From an uncultured Gammaproteobacteria bacterium (GTDB lineage: Bacteria; Patescibacteriota; Microgenomatia; Levybacterales; UBA12049): a stretch of 64,000 nucleotides of DNA. The translations under genes and the position numbers were made by a program. The first letter of the stretch is position 1. Every line of letters begins with the position of its first letter. A model generated the notes under the pieces. That model was not told the origin of the DNA, did no database searches, and was given only the letters and a program-made list of their open reading frames with translations. The DNA is taken from the NCBI GenBank assembly GCA_964474445.1, contig CAYYSJ010000004.1:185-64184 (forward strand), written 5' to 3'. Positions 8,833 through 18,969 of the stretch are shown here, piece by piece.

Positions 8833-10602
8833 TTGCTACTCTTTTTCCCCTTACTTATACTTAATTATATGAGGGATTATACAATAAGTATTGTTGCAGC
8901 ACTTCTTGTTTTTGCTGGTGCGTTAGCAACCACAGTATGCATTGTATATCTAGCAGCGGTGCGTATAGAAGCATTTCACGTGGCTCAGTTTCAGCAGGAT
9001 GCTCACGATATCCAGCAAGCCATTCTTAGTCGGGTTACAAGTTATAAAGCAGTACTCTATGGTGGGCGCAGTTTGTTTGCAAGTGTGCCAGTTACTCGAC
9101 AGGTATTTCAATCATATACTGATTCTTTAGACATATCCTCACATTTTCCAGAACTTTCAGGAATGGGATTTACTCGATACATTTCATCATCTGAGGTAAG
9201 TGCCCTTACTGAACAAATGAGGACTGAAGGTGTGTCATCGTTCACTATTTCTCCACCTGGAAACAGAAGTGAATATGCCCCAATTGTCTATATTTCATCA
9301 AGTCCAGGTCAACAAAACCCTATTGTTGGTATTGATATCCTCGCAAATTCTACCCGATCAAGTGCACTAGAGCAGGCAAAAAGAACAGGCGATGTTGTTA
9401 TTACTGATAAAGTGATTTTAAAAAGCGATGCTTCAGCAAAAAAACAGTATTCATTTATCATGTATTTGCCAATTTATAAAAACGGTCAACTCTTTGGTTT
9501 TCTGTATACTCCTTCCCGAACAAACGAACTGTTTGCAAGTGTTATAACAAATAAAATGCCTCCATTGCATGTTCGGCTATTTGATAGCAAAGATGCAAAT
9601 AACCTAACAGAAACACACCAGTTATATGATAGTGAGATACAGACAGTTAGAAAAGGAAAGTATGCAACAACTATTCCTGTTCTCGTTGGGAGTCACACAT
9701 GGATACTTCGGATTGATAGTACAAAAGCTTATGATAATAACCAGCCCGCACGGTTATTATTGCTTTGGATATCTCTTGGAGGGCTTCTTTTGGATAGTTT
9801 TCTTTTTGCCTTTCTTTACTTTCTTATCACATCCAAAAAAAGGGCATTGCTTTTGGCACAAAAAATGACTCAAGAACTGAGGGAAGACAAATCGCGTCTT
9901 GAAGACGCAATGACTAAGGATGAATTTCTTTCTATGGCGGCACACGAACTTCGAACCCCACTTGGAACGATGCGTTGGCGTCTTGAAACAATGCTTGCTG
10001 AAAAGATGTCTCCTCATATTCGCTCTTACCTAGAACAGAACTATCAAAATGTTTTACGGCTTATTCATTTAGTGAGTAACTTATTAGATGTCTCTCGCAT
10101 CGATCAAGGAAAAGTAAAGCAAACAAAAGATATGATAGATGCAGTAACTTTTGTCCAAACAATTATTGATAATCAAAAAGAATGGGCAACAAAAAAAGGA
10201 GTGCATATACTGTTTCATACGTCTTCATCAACGATTCCTCTCGTTATTGATCAGAACCTTCTCGAAGAGATCGTTGTCAACCTGATAACAAATGCTATTA
10301 AATACAATAAACCCAATGGGAAAGTTGTCGTTTCAATAAAACAGGAAAGGAAGAAGTTTATTTTTTCAGTTGAAGATACTGGTATTGGTATACCGAAGAA
10401 AGATCAGAAGACAATTTTTGAAAAATTCAAAAGAGGAAGTAATGTTGACACAAATGCTTATGAGGGGACGGGGTTGGGATTATTTGTTGTAAAATCATAT
10501 GTAAAGAAGTGGCATGGACACATCCATTTGAAAAGTAAAGAAGGCAAAGGAACGATATTTACCATTGATTTGCCTATTGAAGCAGGATACAATAAAAACT
10601 GA
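8833..10602 (+). CDS. Sensor histidine kinase with extracytoplasmic CHASE-like domain
   Basis: Two TM segments flanking ~270-aa sensor domain (…YAPIVYISS…), HisKA H-box 'MAAHELRTPLGTM', HATPase_c 'GTGLGLFVVKSYV…GKGTIFTIDLP'. Confidence 0.85.
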   Translation: MLLFFPLLILNYMRDYTISIVAALLVFAGALATTVCIVYLAAVRIEAFHVAQFQQDAHDIQQAILSRVTSYKAVLYGGRSLFASVPVTRQVFQSYTDSLDISSHFPELSGMGFTRYISSSEVSALTEQMRTEGVSSFTISPPGNRSEYAPIVYISSSPGQQNPIVGIDILANSTRSSALEQAKRTGDVVITDKVILKSDASAKKQYSFIMYLPIYKNGQLFGFLYTPSRTNELFASVITNKMPPLHVRLFDSKDANNLTETHQLYDSEIQTVRKGKYATTIPVLVGSHTWILRIDSTKAYDNNQPARLLLLWISLGGLLLDSFLFAFLYFLITSKKRALLLAQKMTQELREDKSRLEDAMTKDEFLSMAAHELRTPLGTMRWRLETMLAEKMSPHIRSYLEQNYQNVLRLIHLVSNLLDVSRIDQGKVKQTKDMIDAVTFVQTIIDNQKEWATKKGVHILFHTSSSTIPLVIDQNLLEEIVVNLITNAIKYNKPNGKVVVSIKQERKKFIFSVEDTGIGIPKKDQKTIFEKFKRGSNVDTNAYEGTGLGLFVVKSYVKKWHGHIHLKSKEGKGTIFTIDLPIEAGYNKN

Positions 10603-10603
10603 T

Positions 10604-10951
10604 ATGAAGACGATACTGATTGTTGAAGACAATAAAGAATACATTGAACTTCTCAAAGAAAGACTCACAAAGGAAGGATACAAGGTTTTGGAAGCAGTGA
10701 ATGGAAAAGAAGGGCTGGAATGTATTTTGCATGAGAAAATTGACCTTATTCTTCTTGATTTATTGATGCCAGTTATCGATGGAATAGATTTTTATTACCA
10801 GATGACTCATGTTCTGAAAAAACATATTCCAATTATTGTTCTCACCAACGTCTCAACTGCAACAGGGTATAGTGGGGATGTGAAGGAAGTCCTTATTAAA
10901 GCAGAAGTCTCCCTAGACCAGGTTGTGCAGAAAATAGCAGAATATATCTAG
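10604..10951 (+). CDS. Single-domain response regulator (CheY-like receiver only)
   Basis: MKTILIVEDN…LILLDLLMP(D)…; ATG at 10604, 1 nt after the kinase stop (10602); no output domain. Confidence 0.8.
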   Translation: MKTILIVEDNKEYIELLKERLTKEGYKVLEAVNGKEGLECILHEKIDLILLDLLMPVIDGIDFYYQMTHVLKKHIPIIVLTNVSTATGYSGDVKEVLIKAEVSLDQVVQKIAEYI

Positions 10952-11035
10952 CCTTTTTTGTTAGCTCCATTATTCTAATGTATCTCATGAACCTAAAAAT
11001 GTAGTGCAAACGTGATTGGAAGTTGGCTAGATGAA

Positions 11036-13384
11036 TTAGAAAATGTTTTTCTCGCTCCTCAAATGAGAAAGGTGAAGAATCCACAGAGAGAGATTTACGA
11101 GGGAAATTACGAAGAAAATAAGTGCTTTATTCCATCCTAATGTATACCCAAGTGATAGTTCAAAGAGTACAGAAAGCAGGAGCAATGCCTCAAACCATAG
11201 AGCGAAAAACTTAGTTATAAAGATCATAACTCTTTTTTGAAGAGATGGCGCATGTATCGTTTTGGTGATTCCAAGTAAGTATCCTCCTAATTCCACAGCA
11301 TGAATCTCTGACTGGTGAAATCTTGTTGGCTCATATCCTTCTGCCATCACCTGGATATCATACCCTTTTTCAGGGAGTATTTTAAAAAGAAAATCTCCAC
11401 GTATATCAGTATGGGTATGGGCAAAGATTGTTTCACTATCCTGAGCAACAAGATAGACTTCTGCAAGATTGATAGGTGTTCCACTATCTTTTTCAAACAC
11501 ACGTCCTTTAATGATAGTGCCAAGCTTTTTCTGAACTGAAAGAATTCGAGCATAGTGGAGGAAATATGAAAAGAGCCAACGAAGAGGAACATGAATCCTG
11601 CTACTGAAAGAGAGGAGCGTCAAGAAGACGAGAATACTCACGGAAACAACAGCATTGAGGTCAAAAAAACGTACTGAATAGGAAATGTCTTGCACATACG
11701 TTTTGGTAGCGCCGAGGAAGTCAGATAGAATATTGATGTAGTATTTCACTGTAGTAACAATGTTAAAAGGCTCTGCTGTAAGGAAAACAGCAGGATAATT
11801 CTCTCCTGGGTTTGGCCCAAGGGTAAAGAATACATCTTTTTCTTTGTAGCCGACTGCAGTAATATGCACCTGATATTTTCCTTGTGGAAGAGCGAGTACA
11901 TCTTGTCCGTTAAGATCTGTATAGCTTGGGTTCTTGACGGGGAATAGCTGAGGGGGGAGTGGAAGGTATGCCTTTGTTCGAAAATTAAAATAGGAAATAT
12001 ACATTTGTGCTCGTTCGATTGGTTGTTTCGTATCTTTTCTATACACTCGAAGTGGTTGGGAAACAGTAATATCCGCAATTTTATCCTCAACAATATTCCC
12101 TTTTTCATCATAAATTCTGGCAAACTCTTCATAACTTCCTGGAAGAGAGGGGGTCTTTAAACGCCCTTCGTAGACGCCTGGTTGAGTTTCAATAAGGTCA
12201 GTTATTTGAGTATTTGGTTCTTCTGTCTGGTTACTTGTGATGCCCAAAACATACGCATTTCTGACAATAGTTTGAACTTTTGTAACAGTTGTTCCTTTTG
12301 TTACTTGAAAGCGGAAGTTGTAACTGAGATCCTGTGGTACAACTAAGAGAGGTTTAGGGAGTTCTTGGTTTTTAGATGTTGTATCTGTATTTTGTGGTCT
12401 AGGGACAAAAAGCACGATATCGGAGCTAATAAAACTGACGCTGTCTTTATTGACGACAGGTTTTTCTGAAGGAAGTGCAGTTGTGAAGTTAAAAACTTCT
12501 GATGTTTTTGTATTGCCCGAAGCATCAGTTGCCGTCATTTGAATATAGTAAGTAGTATTTGCTGTAAGATTATCAAGAAGAATATCTTGAACACTCGTAA
12601 AAGGTGATTTGTACATTCTTTGGATAAGTTGCGTAGGGGAGGTTCCGTACGAAACTGTTAATTGTGCGGGAACAGATGTTTGAGAAAGCAAGCGGATTGA
12701 ACTATCAATAATAGATCGAAAAGAGAGATTGGTAAAGAAGAGATTGGCAGGTTGTCGAGGAGGAGGAACTGAAGGTGTTGGCACAATTGTTGGCGTAGGG
12801 ATTGGAGTGGGGGTTGCTGCAGGGGGATTTAGTTGGTAAGTTAGAGTGCTGGATTGGTCTGGTGTCGTAACTTGAGATGTGATCAGGCGTACTCTAACAG
12901 GAAAATTGACTGCTGAAGTGCCTGAATAAGAACTGCTCACTGCAAGCTTGAAAGTAACAGACTGATTGGTCGTTTGCGCAGGGAAAGAAGGAATAGTCCA
13001 AGTAATTTTTTGATTTACAAGATCAATAACAGGAGATGCTCCAGATGTTATGCCAGCACTGCCTACTATATAGTTCAGCCCATCTACAGTGGACGTTGCA
13101 GTTCCTCCTTGAATTGTTCCTCTATCCCACTGAGTTTGTATTGTGACAGGCCCTGCGTAGTACAAACGGGAGCCGTAGGTAATGGTATAGGTAACAATAC
13201 TGTCTCCATGGAGGATTCCTGTGGCATCTGATGTAATTCCTACCTGGAAATCTGAATTACGCGGAACAACAATTCCACTAACAGTAACAGATTGGGTATC
13301 TGCAAATAACAGTGGTAGGGATGCTCTCTGTAAAGTCAAAAAAAGAAGAATACCAACACATGCAAGCATGTTAATCTTTTTCAT
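11036..13384 (-). CDS. Large multidomain surface protein (signal peptide, DUF11/FN3-like beta domains, carboxypeptidase-regulatory-like domain, C-terminal multi-TM anchor)
   Basis: N-terminal signal peptide; Pro/Thr linker PTPIPTPTIVPTPSVPPP; 'GTIIKGRVFEKDSGTPINLAEVYLV…DIRGDFLF' (CarbopepD_reg-like); 4 C-terminal hydrophobic helices. Confidence 0.7.
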   Translation of the reverse strand: MKKINMLACVGILLFLTLQRASLPLLFADTQSVTVSGIVVPRNSDFQVGITSDATGILHGDSIVTYTITYGSRLYYAGPVTIQTQWDRGTIQGGTATSTVDGLNYIVGSAGITSGASPVIDLVNQKITWTIPSFPAQTTNQSVTFKLAVSSSYSGTSAVNFPVRVRLITSQVTTPDQSSTLTYQLNPPAATPTPIPTPTIVPTPSVPPPRQPANLFFTNLSFRSIIDSSIRLLSQTSVPAQLTVSYGTSPTQLIQRMYKSPFTSVQDILLDNLTANTTYYIQMTATDASGNTKTSEVFNFTTALPSEKPVVNKDSVSFISSDIVLFVPRPQNTDTTSKNQELPKPLLVVPQDLSYNFRFQVTKGTTVTKVQTIVRNAYVLGITSNQTEEPNTQITDLIETQPGVYEGRLKTPSLPGSYEEFARIYDEKGNIVEDKIADITVSQPLRVYRKDTKQPIERAQMYISYFNFRTKAYLPLPPQLFPVKNPSYTDLNGQDVLALPQGKYQVHITAVGYKEKDVFFTLGPNPGENYPAVFLTAEPFNIVTTVKYYINILSDFLGATKTYVQDISYSVRFFDLNAVVSVSILVFLTLLSFSSRIHVPLRWLFSYFLHYARILSVQKKLGTIIKGRVFEKDSGTPINLAEVYLVAQDSETIFAHTHTDIRGDFLFKILPEKGYDIQVMAEGYEPTRFHQSEIHAVELGGYLLGITKTIHAPSLQKRVMIFITKFFALWFEALLLLSVLFELSLGYTLGWNKALIFFVISLVNLSLWILHLSHLRSEKNIF

Positions 13385-13462
13385 GCTTTAAGCATAGCAT
13401 ATCAAGTATCAGAGCGTCTAAAAAAGTGGAATAAAGATATATTTTTTTGTTATGATGAAAGT

Positions 13463-14032
13463 ATGAAGTGGGTAGCTCTCGGAATATTGTTGGTAGTCAT
13501 TATTGGAGGAGGTATATGGATCTTTTCACCTGGTAAAGATGTTCTATCTTCACAGGATAAAACAAAAGCTTTGCAGACACTGCTTGGAAGGGATGTTCAT
13601 GTAGATGCACAAAATCCTCAGGAAGTAGCATGGACAATGCACACAAATCAGTCTGTTCAATTTTCCTACCCTTCAGATGCAAAAATATATACTCAAGATA
13701 ATAGTGCAGCAATGAAAAATAAAGATATGGTAGATAGCTTTTCTTTTAGTAATCTTACTGATCATGTGACAGCAGTTGTTCAGGTGGTCAAATTTACTGG
13801 AGCACTTATAGAATATCCCGCAGTAAATTTTCGAATTTCTCAGTCAACACTGTATACAGCGACAACCTCTGGTACTCAAACAATTCAATTTATGAAGAAA
13901 GATGACACAGCAGAAAAGTCACTCTTTTTGAAAAAGAATGCTACTATTATTAGCATAGCTGTAACTGGCTATTCTATGCAAAAAGTAGACAATTTATACT
14001 CAAGAATTATTTCTTCGTTGAAGACGTTTTAA
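13463..14032 (+). CDS. Hypothetical membrane-anchored protein
   Basis: N-terminal TM helix (ALGILLVVIIGGGIWIF) then 165-aa soluble domain; no motif recognised. Confidence 0.5.
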   Translation: MKWVALGILLVVIIGGGIWIFSPGKDVLSSQDKTKALQTLLGRDVHVDAQNPQEVAWTMHTNQSVQFSYPSDAKIYTQDNSAAMKNKDMVDSFSFSNLTDHVTAVVQVVKFTGALIEYPAVNFRISQSTLYTATTSGTQTIQFMKKDDTAEKSLFLKKNATIISIAVTGYSMQKVDNLYSRIISSLKTF

Positions 14033-14920
14033 GTAGTATTTTGCTCCTAAACCTCCGAATAGTACCAATGCTACAACAATAGGGATGAGCGGGAGACTCC
14101 CTTGAGAAAAGAACACAAATGTTTTTGTTAATCTCTGGTGAGACTTACCAAAATGAAGGGAAAGGGTTGCTGTATACATTCCTGGCCAAAGAAACGGCTT
14201 AAGCGTTCTTACAGAGACATAATATCCTCTGATGCTTTGTGGCAGTGTAGGAGCAGAGGCTGCATTTACCATTCCTTTTGCAACAATAGTATGAGAAGCA
14301 TCAGTTATTTCCAAAAGTCCATATGGTGTAAGATCGGTATCTCCAGAATTTGTAAATCGAAAATAGAATGTCGTAGGGAATTCGATAAGTTCTCTTTGTG
14401 TTTCAAATGATGGAAGACTTGCTGCTTCGTATTCCTTTCCTGTGTTGGTTCGGACAAAAAGAAGACTTCCTAATGTTCCTTGAATATGTATCTGTTGTAA
14501 TCCTTGTGTATATTGTTCCTTTATATGAGCAAGAATTGTTGCATAATGGCCACCAGGAGTTAACTTATCTTTGTCTATGAAGATAGTAATATTATTTGTC
14601 TCTCCAGGGTCAAGGATAAGTGAATTGTCACTAAAATGTATCCAAGACGAGAGACCGTATTGATAGTTTTGAAAATTTTTATCATCTAAGAAAGAAAGTT
14701 TGTAACCATTTTCAAGCGCAGTAACATCTTGGGCACTAAAGGTAAGCTCTAATGTTTGAGAAGAAGTGTTTTTATAGAAAAGCTTTGTTTGGGGTTGATC
14801 TGTTGCAAGATCTAAATGAATAATGGAAGGTGTAACTGAAATTGTTTGTTGTTGTGCAAAAGCTGGAGAGATCCAAAAGAGTAAACAAAAGATAAATAAG
14901 ATAGATATTGTCCATTTCAT
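14000..14920 (-). CDS. Membrane-anchored Ig-fold surface protein, DUF916/DUF3324 (CscA)-like
   Basis: Signal peptide, beta-rich body beginning '..ISVTPSIIHLDLATDQ…' (pattern typical of DUF916), single C-terminal TM + basic tail (PLIPIVVALVLFGGLGAKYYLKRLQRRNNS). Confidence 0.6.
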   Translation of the reverse strand: MKWTISILFIFCLLFWISPAFAQQQTISVTPSIIHLDLATDQPQTKLFYKNTSSQTLELTFSAQDVTALENGYKLSFLDDKNFQNYQYGLSSWIHFSDNSLILDPGETNNITIFIDKDKLTPGGHYATILAHIKEQYTQGLQQIHIQGTLGSLLFVRTNTGKEYEAASLPSFETQRELIEFPTTFYFRFTNSGDTDLTPYGLLEITDASHTIVAKGMVNAASAPTLPQSIRGYYVSVRTLKPFLWPGMYTATLSLHFGKSHQRLTKTFVFFSQGSLPLIPIVVALVLFGGLGAKYYLKRLQRRNNS

Positions 14921-15022
14921 GGCATTAGTATAAACATTGCCCTAATTTACCTAATTGGTTTACATTCATTGAACATTCTATCCTTGAGGATTCTTTGGCA
15001 ACGAATTAGGTTAATTAGATTT

Positions 15023-16075
15023 CTATCTTTGCTGTTTTTTGACCTCGTGTGTAATATACCAGGAAAGAATAAATTTCAGAAACACACCTCCTAAAATAAC
15101 GACACCAAGGGTACTAAGCACAATAGTATAAGGAAATACAAAGAACGTTGTTGTTGCTTCAAGTGGGACATCTCGTGTGCCATTGTCATAGACAACAAGT
15201 GCAGATGCTGTATATTTACCTATACGAAAGTGAGTAAGCAAGTTCCAGTTAATGACTAAGTGTGTCATAACACGTCCATTTTTGTCGACTTTAGGAGACC
15301 CATCTTGCAGTATTGGCTCTTTTACAAAGAATCCATCTAACCAGCTTGTTTGAAATGTTCTCGTACTACCAGGTAATATAATACCGCTTTCTTTATTGAC
15401 GGAAAGTACTGCAGTATCATTTCCGGAGAGTTTCACAAAAATATTCCCAGTTGGCTTTATGTGCACATTTCCAGTATTTTGCAGTTGTACATTAAAGGTG
15501 ACTGGGAGATATTCGTTAAAGAAAGACGTTGGGATAAAAGAAACAAGTTTGAGTTCTGATTTTGCTTGTGAGGACGATACGTTGAGAAGAATTGGTAATA
15601 CGATTTGACCAAGAAGCTTTGTCCCAGGTGCATTTTGTGTGCCATTTGTTTTAGTAGGTCCAATACGGAGAGCATAGTAATAGCCAAAAGCAGCAGTCTT
15701 AGGAACAGTGATAGTAAAAGGCACATCAACCCATTCTTTTGGTTTGGCCGTAGGCGTTGCAGTCTCAAAGCTTATCCATGAGATAAAAGCATCATTAGGT
15801 TGGGCTGCAACAGGAACTACTTCACCGTTTCGTGCATGAGGGTCAAGTTTGTCAACAACAATAGAGAGAGCAATAGGATCATTAGTATTATTTCGGATTC
15901 TAAATTTTTGTTTCAGTACATCTCCAGGATTTGCCGTAAGATCTAAGAATGTTGGACTTATTGTGAGATTAAGCCCTTGTACTGATTGAGCAAATACATT
16001 TGCTTGCAAAAGAGAAAGAAACAAAAGGAATATGCCAATAAAAAAAATAGCAGTTCGTTTCATATCCTTAATCAT
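15023..16075 (-). CDS. Second membrane-anchored Ig-fold surface protein, DUF916/DUF3324-like (paralog)
   Basis: Signal peptide, 'LTISPTFLDLTANPGDVLKQKFRIRNNTNDPIALSIVVDKL', C-terminal TM anchor + KKQQR tail. ORF could start at 16114; start 16075 chosen from signal-peptide position. Confidence 0.6.
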   Translation of the reverse strand: MIKDMKRTAIFFIGIFLLFLSLLQANVFAQSVQGLNLTISPTFLDLTANPGDVLKQKFRIRNNTNDPIALSIVVDKLDPHARNGEVVPVAAQPNDAFISWISFETATPTAKPKEWVDVPFTITVPKTAAFGYYYALRIGPTKTNGTQNAPGTKLLGQIVLPILLNVSSSQAKSELKLVSFIPTSFFNEYLPVTFNVQLQNTGNVHIKPTGNIFVKLSGNDTAVLSVNKESGIILPGSTRTFQTSWLDGFFVKEPILQDGSPKVDKNGRVMTHLVINWNLLTHFRIGKYTASALVVYDNGTRDVPLEATTTFFVFPYTIVLSTLGVVILGGVFLKFILSWYITHEVKKQQR

Positions 16076-16171
16076 ATACACAATTACCATTTTTTTCAAA
16101 GGGGAAAATAACAAGTGGGAGAGTGGGCTCCCTATATAAGAAAGTGTGGTTAGATGTCATGTCCAATATGT

Positions 16172-17275
16172 CTAGAACTGTCCTGCTGCAGTAATGGTTA
16201 CAGTATCTGTATAATCACTTGCTGGTTTGGTTGTGGCAGAAGCTTCTGCTGAAAAGGTGAGTGTTGCCGTATTCCCGTTTGAAGGAACTGTGTTTGAGAC
16301 AATTTTTTCAAATTGGGTACTATCCAAAGATCCAACAGATGGACTTGATGTGCTGTATTCTGTTGCAACAGTTGGAGAACCACTTCCTGCTGCTACTGCT
16401 AATCCATATCCTGCAGCCCCAGTAAGGTTATGAATATTGCCCGCTCCTGCTGCAAATGCTCCACTGGAAATGGATGTATCACTTGTTGTTGCAGAGGTGA
16501 GCGTACTATTCGCATTAGCATTTTTAACCCATGCCGTCCATCCATTAGCTGCATTAGTACTGACAGTAAGTGTAATACCTGTTGCAGACGTTGGTGCCCC
16601 AGATGTAGTTAGCGTTCCAATTGCAGCTGTATTGCCACTCAAAGACATGGTGAAGCTTGCAGGGACAGTTGCTGTTACGGTAATTTGATCATTGGAAATA
16701 ACTGATGCTGCATAATTTGCCAACTCATTGGCAAGTTGGGTGCCACCACTATTATTTAACTGGATGGTGCCAATTAAATTATTTGCAGCAGCAGTTGGAG
16801 TGGTAAGTGTACTGGTTCCAGTAAAATGAAGACAGTAGGTTGTCCCTGTAGTAAGTGTTTGGCCTGTAGTCACAATAAACGTTACAATACCATTTGAAAC
16901 AGTTGATGTTGTAGCAGTCCCTGGGAATGCAGTTGTCCCAACAGGAATGTTCGTTGCTGTTGTATCCCATGTCCAGTTGGCCGCGGTTTGGTTTACCCCA
17001 AAGTGGGTAGCATCCGCTGTCCCTGGAGTGCCACTGACAGGAAAAGTAATTGCCATTTGCGCAACGTTGGTTGTTTCCGTTATATTCGGATTAAAACAGA
17101 CAGACCCTCCTGTCGCAGTGTTTATTTTTACCCTATCAAGACGGAAATATCCTTTTGCAACTGCACTTGCAGGAGTAGGAAGTAACAATGGTTCAAAAAG
17201 ACCAGCAGCAAGAACGAGTGAAAGAAAAATATGAGGAAGTTGCTTTTTTTGTATCTTGAGAATGGACAGTAATCT
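16172..17275 (-). CDS. Secreted Thr/Ser/Gly/Ala-rich pilin-like surface protein (C-terminal motif ASDYTDTVTITAAGQF)
   Basis: Signal peptide; ~40% T/S/G/A; C-terminal alternating beta-strand motif shared with 17353-18408 and 55442-56215. Confidence 0.6.
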   Translation of the reverse strand, partial: RLLSILKIQKKQLPHIFLSLVLAAGLFEPLLLPTPASAVAKGYFRLDRVKINTATGGSVCFNPNITETTNVAQMAITFPVSGTPGTADATHFGVNQTAANWTWDTTATNIPVGTTAFPGTATTSTVSNGIVTFIVTTGQTLTTGTTYCLHFTGTSTLTTPTAAANNLIGTIQLNNSGGTQLANELANYAASVISNDQITVTATVPASFTMSLSGNTAAIGTLTTSGAPTSATGITLTVSTNAANGWTAWVKNANANSTLTSATTSDTSISSGAFAAGAGNIHNLTGAAGYGLAVAAGSGSPTVATEYSTSSPSVGSLDSTQFEKIVSNTVPSNGNTATLTFSAEASATTKPASDYTDTVTITAAGQF

Positions 17276-17352
17276 CATGTAATAAGCATTACATACAAAT
17301 TGTTTAGTTGTCAATAGGGTTATTCGTATACTACTTATATATTAAGAAGAGG

Positions 17353-18408
17353 TTAGAAAACTGCTGTTGCAATGACAGTGATGATATCTACGTAATCGCT
17401 TGCTATTTTTGCATTAATGCTTGCTTTTGCTTGTAATTGAAAGGTGCCGGTCCCACTTGTAACAGGTAAACCAGTTGAATCAAAAACAGCACGCTTATTT
17501 ACATTATCAAGAATTCCAACGGTATTTCCTGAGCCATTATATGGAGAGAGAATTTCCATTGGTCCACCAGAACTTTGTCCAACTGAGGTTGCTTGCAATC
17601 CATACCCTTCGGAAGTTGTAGACAAATCGCTACTCACTGCTGCTATGGTATATCCTCCTTGTGATGAAAGAAGGCCTCCATTGGTATCATAAGCATAAAT
17701 AGTTGTTCCACCAGTTCCGTTGGTTGAAATAGTGGCGGTTACAGTACTTGTTGACGTTTTGACAGTTCCTGGATCGAGTTGAGGAAAAGTAAGTGCATTA
17801 CTATTTAAAGAAAACGAAAACGTAGGACTGCCTGTTGAAACAATTGTTGCTGGGCCATATGCAGATTGCGTATAGTTGCCTTGTTTAGCAGAAACACTGA
17901 CGGTGTATGTTGTGGAGGGTGTAAGTCCAATCATCGTGAATCCACTCGCCCCCCAAACAGCATTTGTCTGCCAGACAGGAGATGGTCCTAATGTACCATC
18001 TGCTTGCACATATTGTGTTGAGCTACTGACTACTTTAATTGCATACTGAGTGTCACTTGGGTTATTTGCAGTATTAAGCGTGACACTTAATGAGTTATAC
18101 AAAGTGCCGCCATTATTGGAAACGGTTGGTGCTCCTGGAACGTTTGCTGTTAGGAGGTATGTGAGACCTGGTTGATTTGTGTAGCTTGTTGAGTTGAGAC
18201 TTCCTCCATCTAATTGGCCAGTATTGCCAAACAAGGAATAGGTAGTAGATGTCGCACCGCTTATACCACCAGACCCGAAATCATATGCTTTTATTTCATA
18301 GGTTGTACTTTGAGGGCCGGCATCCATTTGTACTGGAGGGGTAAATAAATAGATGAATAAACCAAAAAGTAAATAAACTGTGATAGCTTTAGAAATAATA
18401 TTACTCAT
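17353..18408 (-). CDS. Secreted Thr/Ser/Gly-rich pilin-like surface protein (C-terminal motif ASDYVDIITVIATAVF)
   Basis: Signal peptide MSNIISKAITVYLLFGLFIYLF; T/S/G-rich; conserved C-terminal strand. Confidence 0.6.
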   Translation of the reverse strand: MSNIISKAITVYLLFGLFIYLFTPPVQMDAGPQSTTYEIKAYDFGSGGISGATSTTYSLFGNTGQLDGGSLNSTSYTNQPGLTYLLTANVPGAPTVSNNGGTLYNSLSVTLNTANNPSDTQYAIKVVSSSTQYVQADGTLGPSPVWQTNAVWGASGFTMIGLTPSTTYTVSVSAKQGNYTQSAYGPATIVSTGSPTFSFSLNSNALTFPQLDPGTVKTSTSTVTATISTNGTGGTTIYAYDTNGGLLSSQGGYTIAAVSSDLSTTSEGYGLQATSVGQSSGGPMEILSPYNGSGNTVGILDNVNKRAVFDSTGLPVTSGTGTFQLQAKASINAKIASDYVDIITVIATAVF

Positions 18409-18488
18409 TACGATATGTTTTGAAATACTTTATTTTATTTTTTCTTGAACATTTCTCAGCATACTGATATACAGATTCTATACTACTA

Positions 18489-18905
18489 TTATATTGGTAA
18501 ATAAAATACTGTTAGTCTAAATAGTGGATGTAAGTACGAAAAGGTACATACCTGACTAATACCTCGTCTATTTGCAATCACTTGCATTAAGACTTCATTA
18601 AATGATATCTCAGGTGTGCTCGTTGAAAGAAGAGTTCTAAATGTCAATTTCATATCCGTTTCATCGGGAGAGAGAATATTAATAGATCCTAAAGAAAGTG
18701 CCTTGATGAAGTCTCTGGCTACTGAGGGGCTAATATAAACAGAAAGTGTATCGTACGTTGTATTAATGACAGAAGCTGAAGTAAAAATTTTGTAACGCTC
18801 TTGTGCAAAATAACGGAAAAAAGCAGCAGCATGCAAATGCTTAGGGTTTGCTCTATCAATAAATGCGACAAAAACATCAGGTGCTATAAAAACCTTTCTT
18901 TGCAT
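18489..18905 (-). CDS. PIN-domain toxin (VapC-like)
   Basis: N-terminal 'VFIAPDVFVAFIDRANPKH' (PIN first acidic residue context), size 138 aa, immediately downstream of small HTH gene. Confidence 0.65.
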   Translation of the reverse strand: MQRKVFIAPDVFVAFIDRANPKHLHAAAFFRYFAQERYKIFTSASVINTTYDTLSVYISPSVARDFIKALSLGSINILSPDETDMKLTFRTLLSTSTPEISFNEVLMQVIANRRGISQVCTFSYLHPLFRLTVFYLPI

Positions 18906-18969
18906 AATGTTTCTAAATCAATATCAAATTTCTCATTATTGTAATTACCAAATTTTGCTTTTGCCTTGT

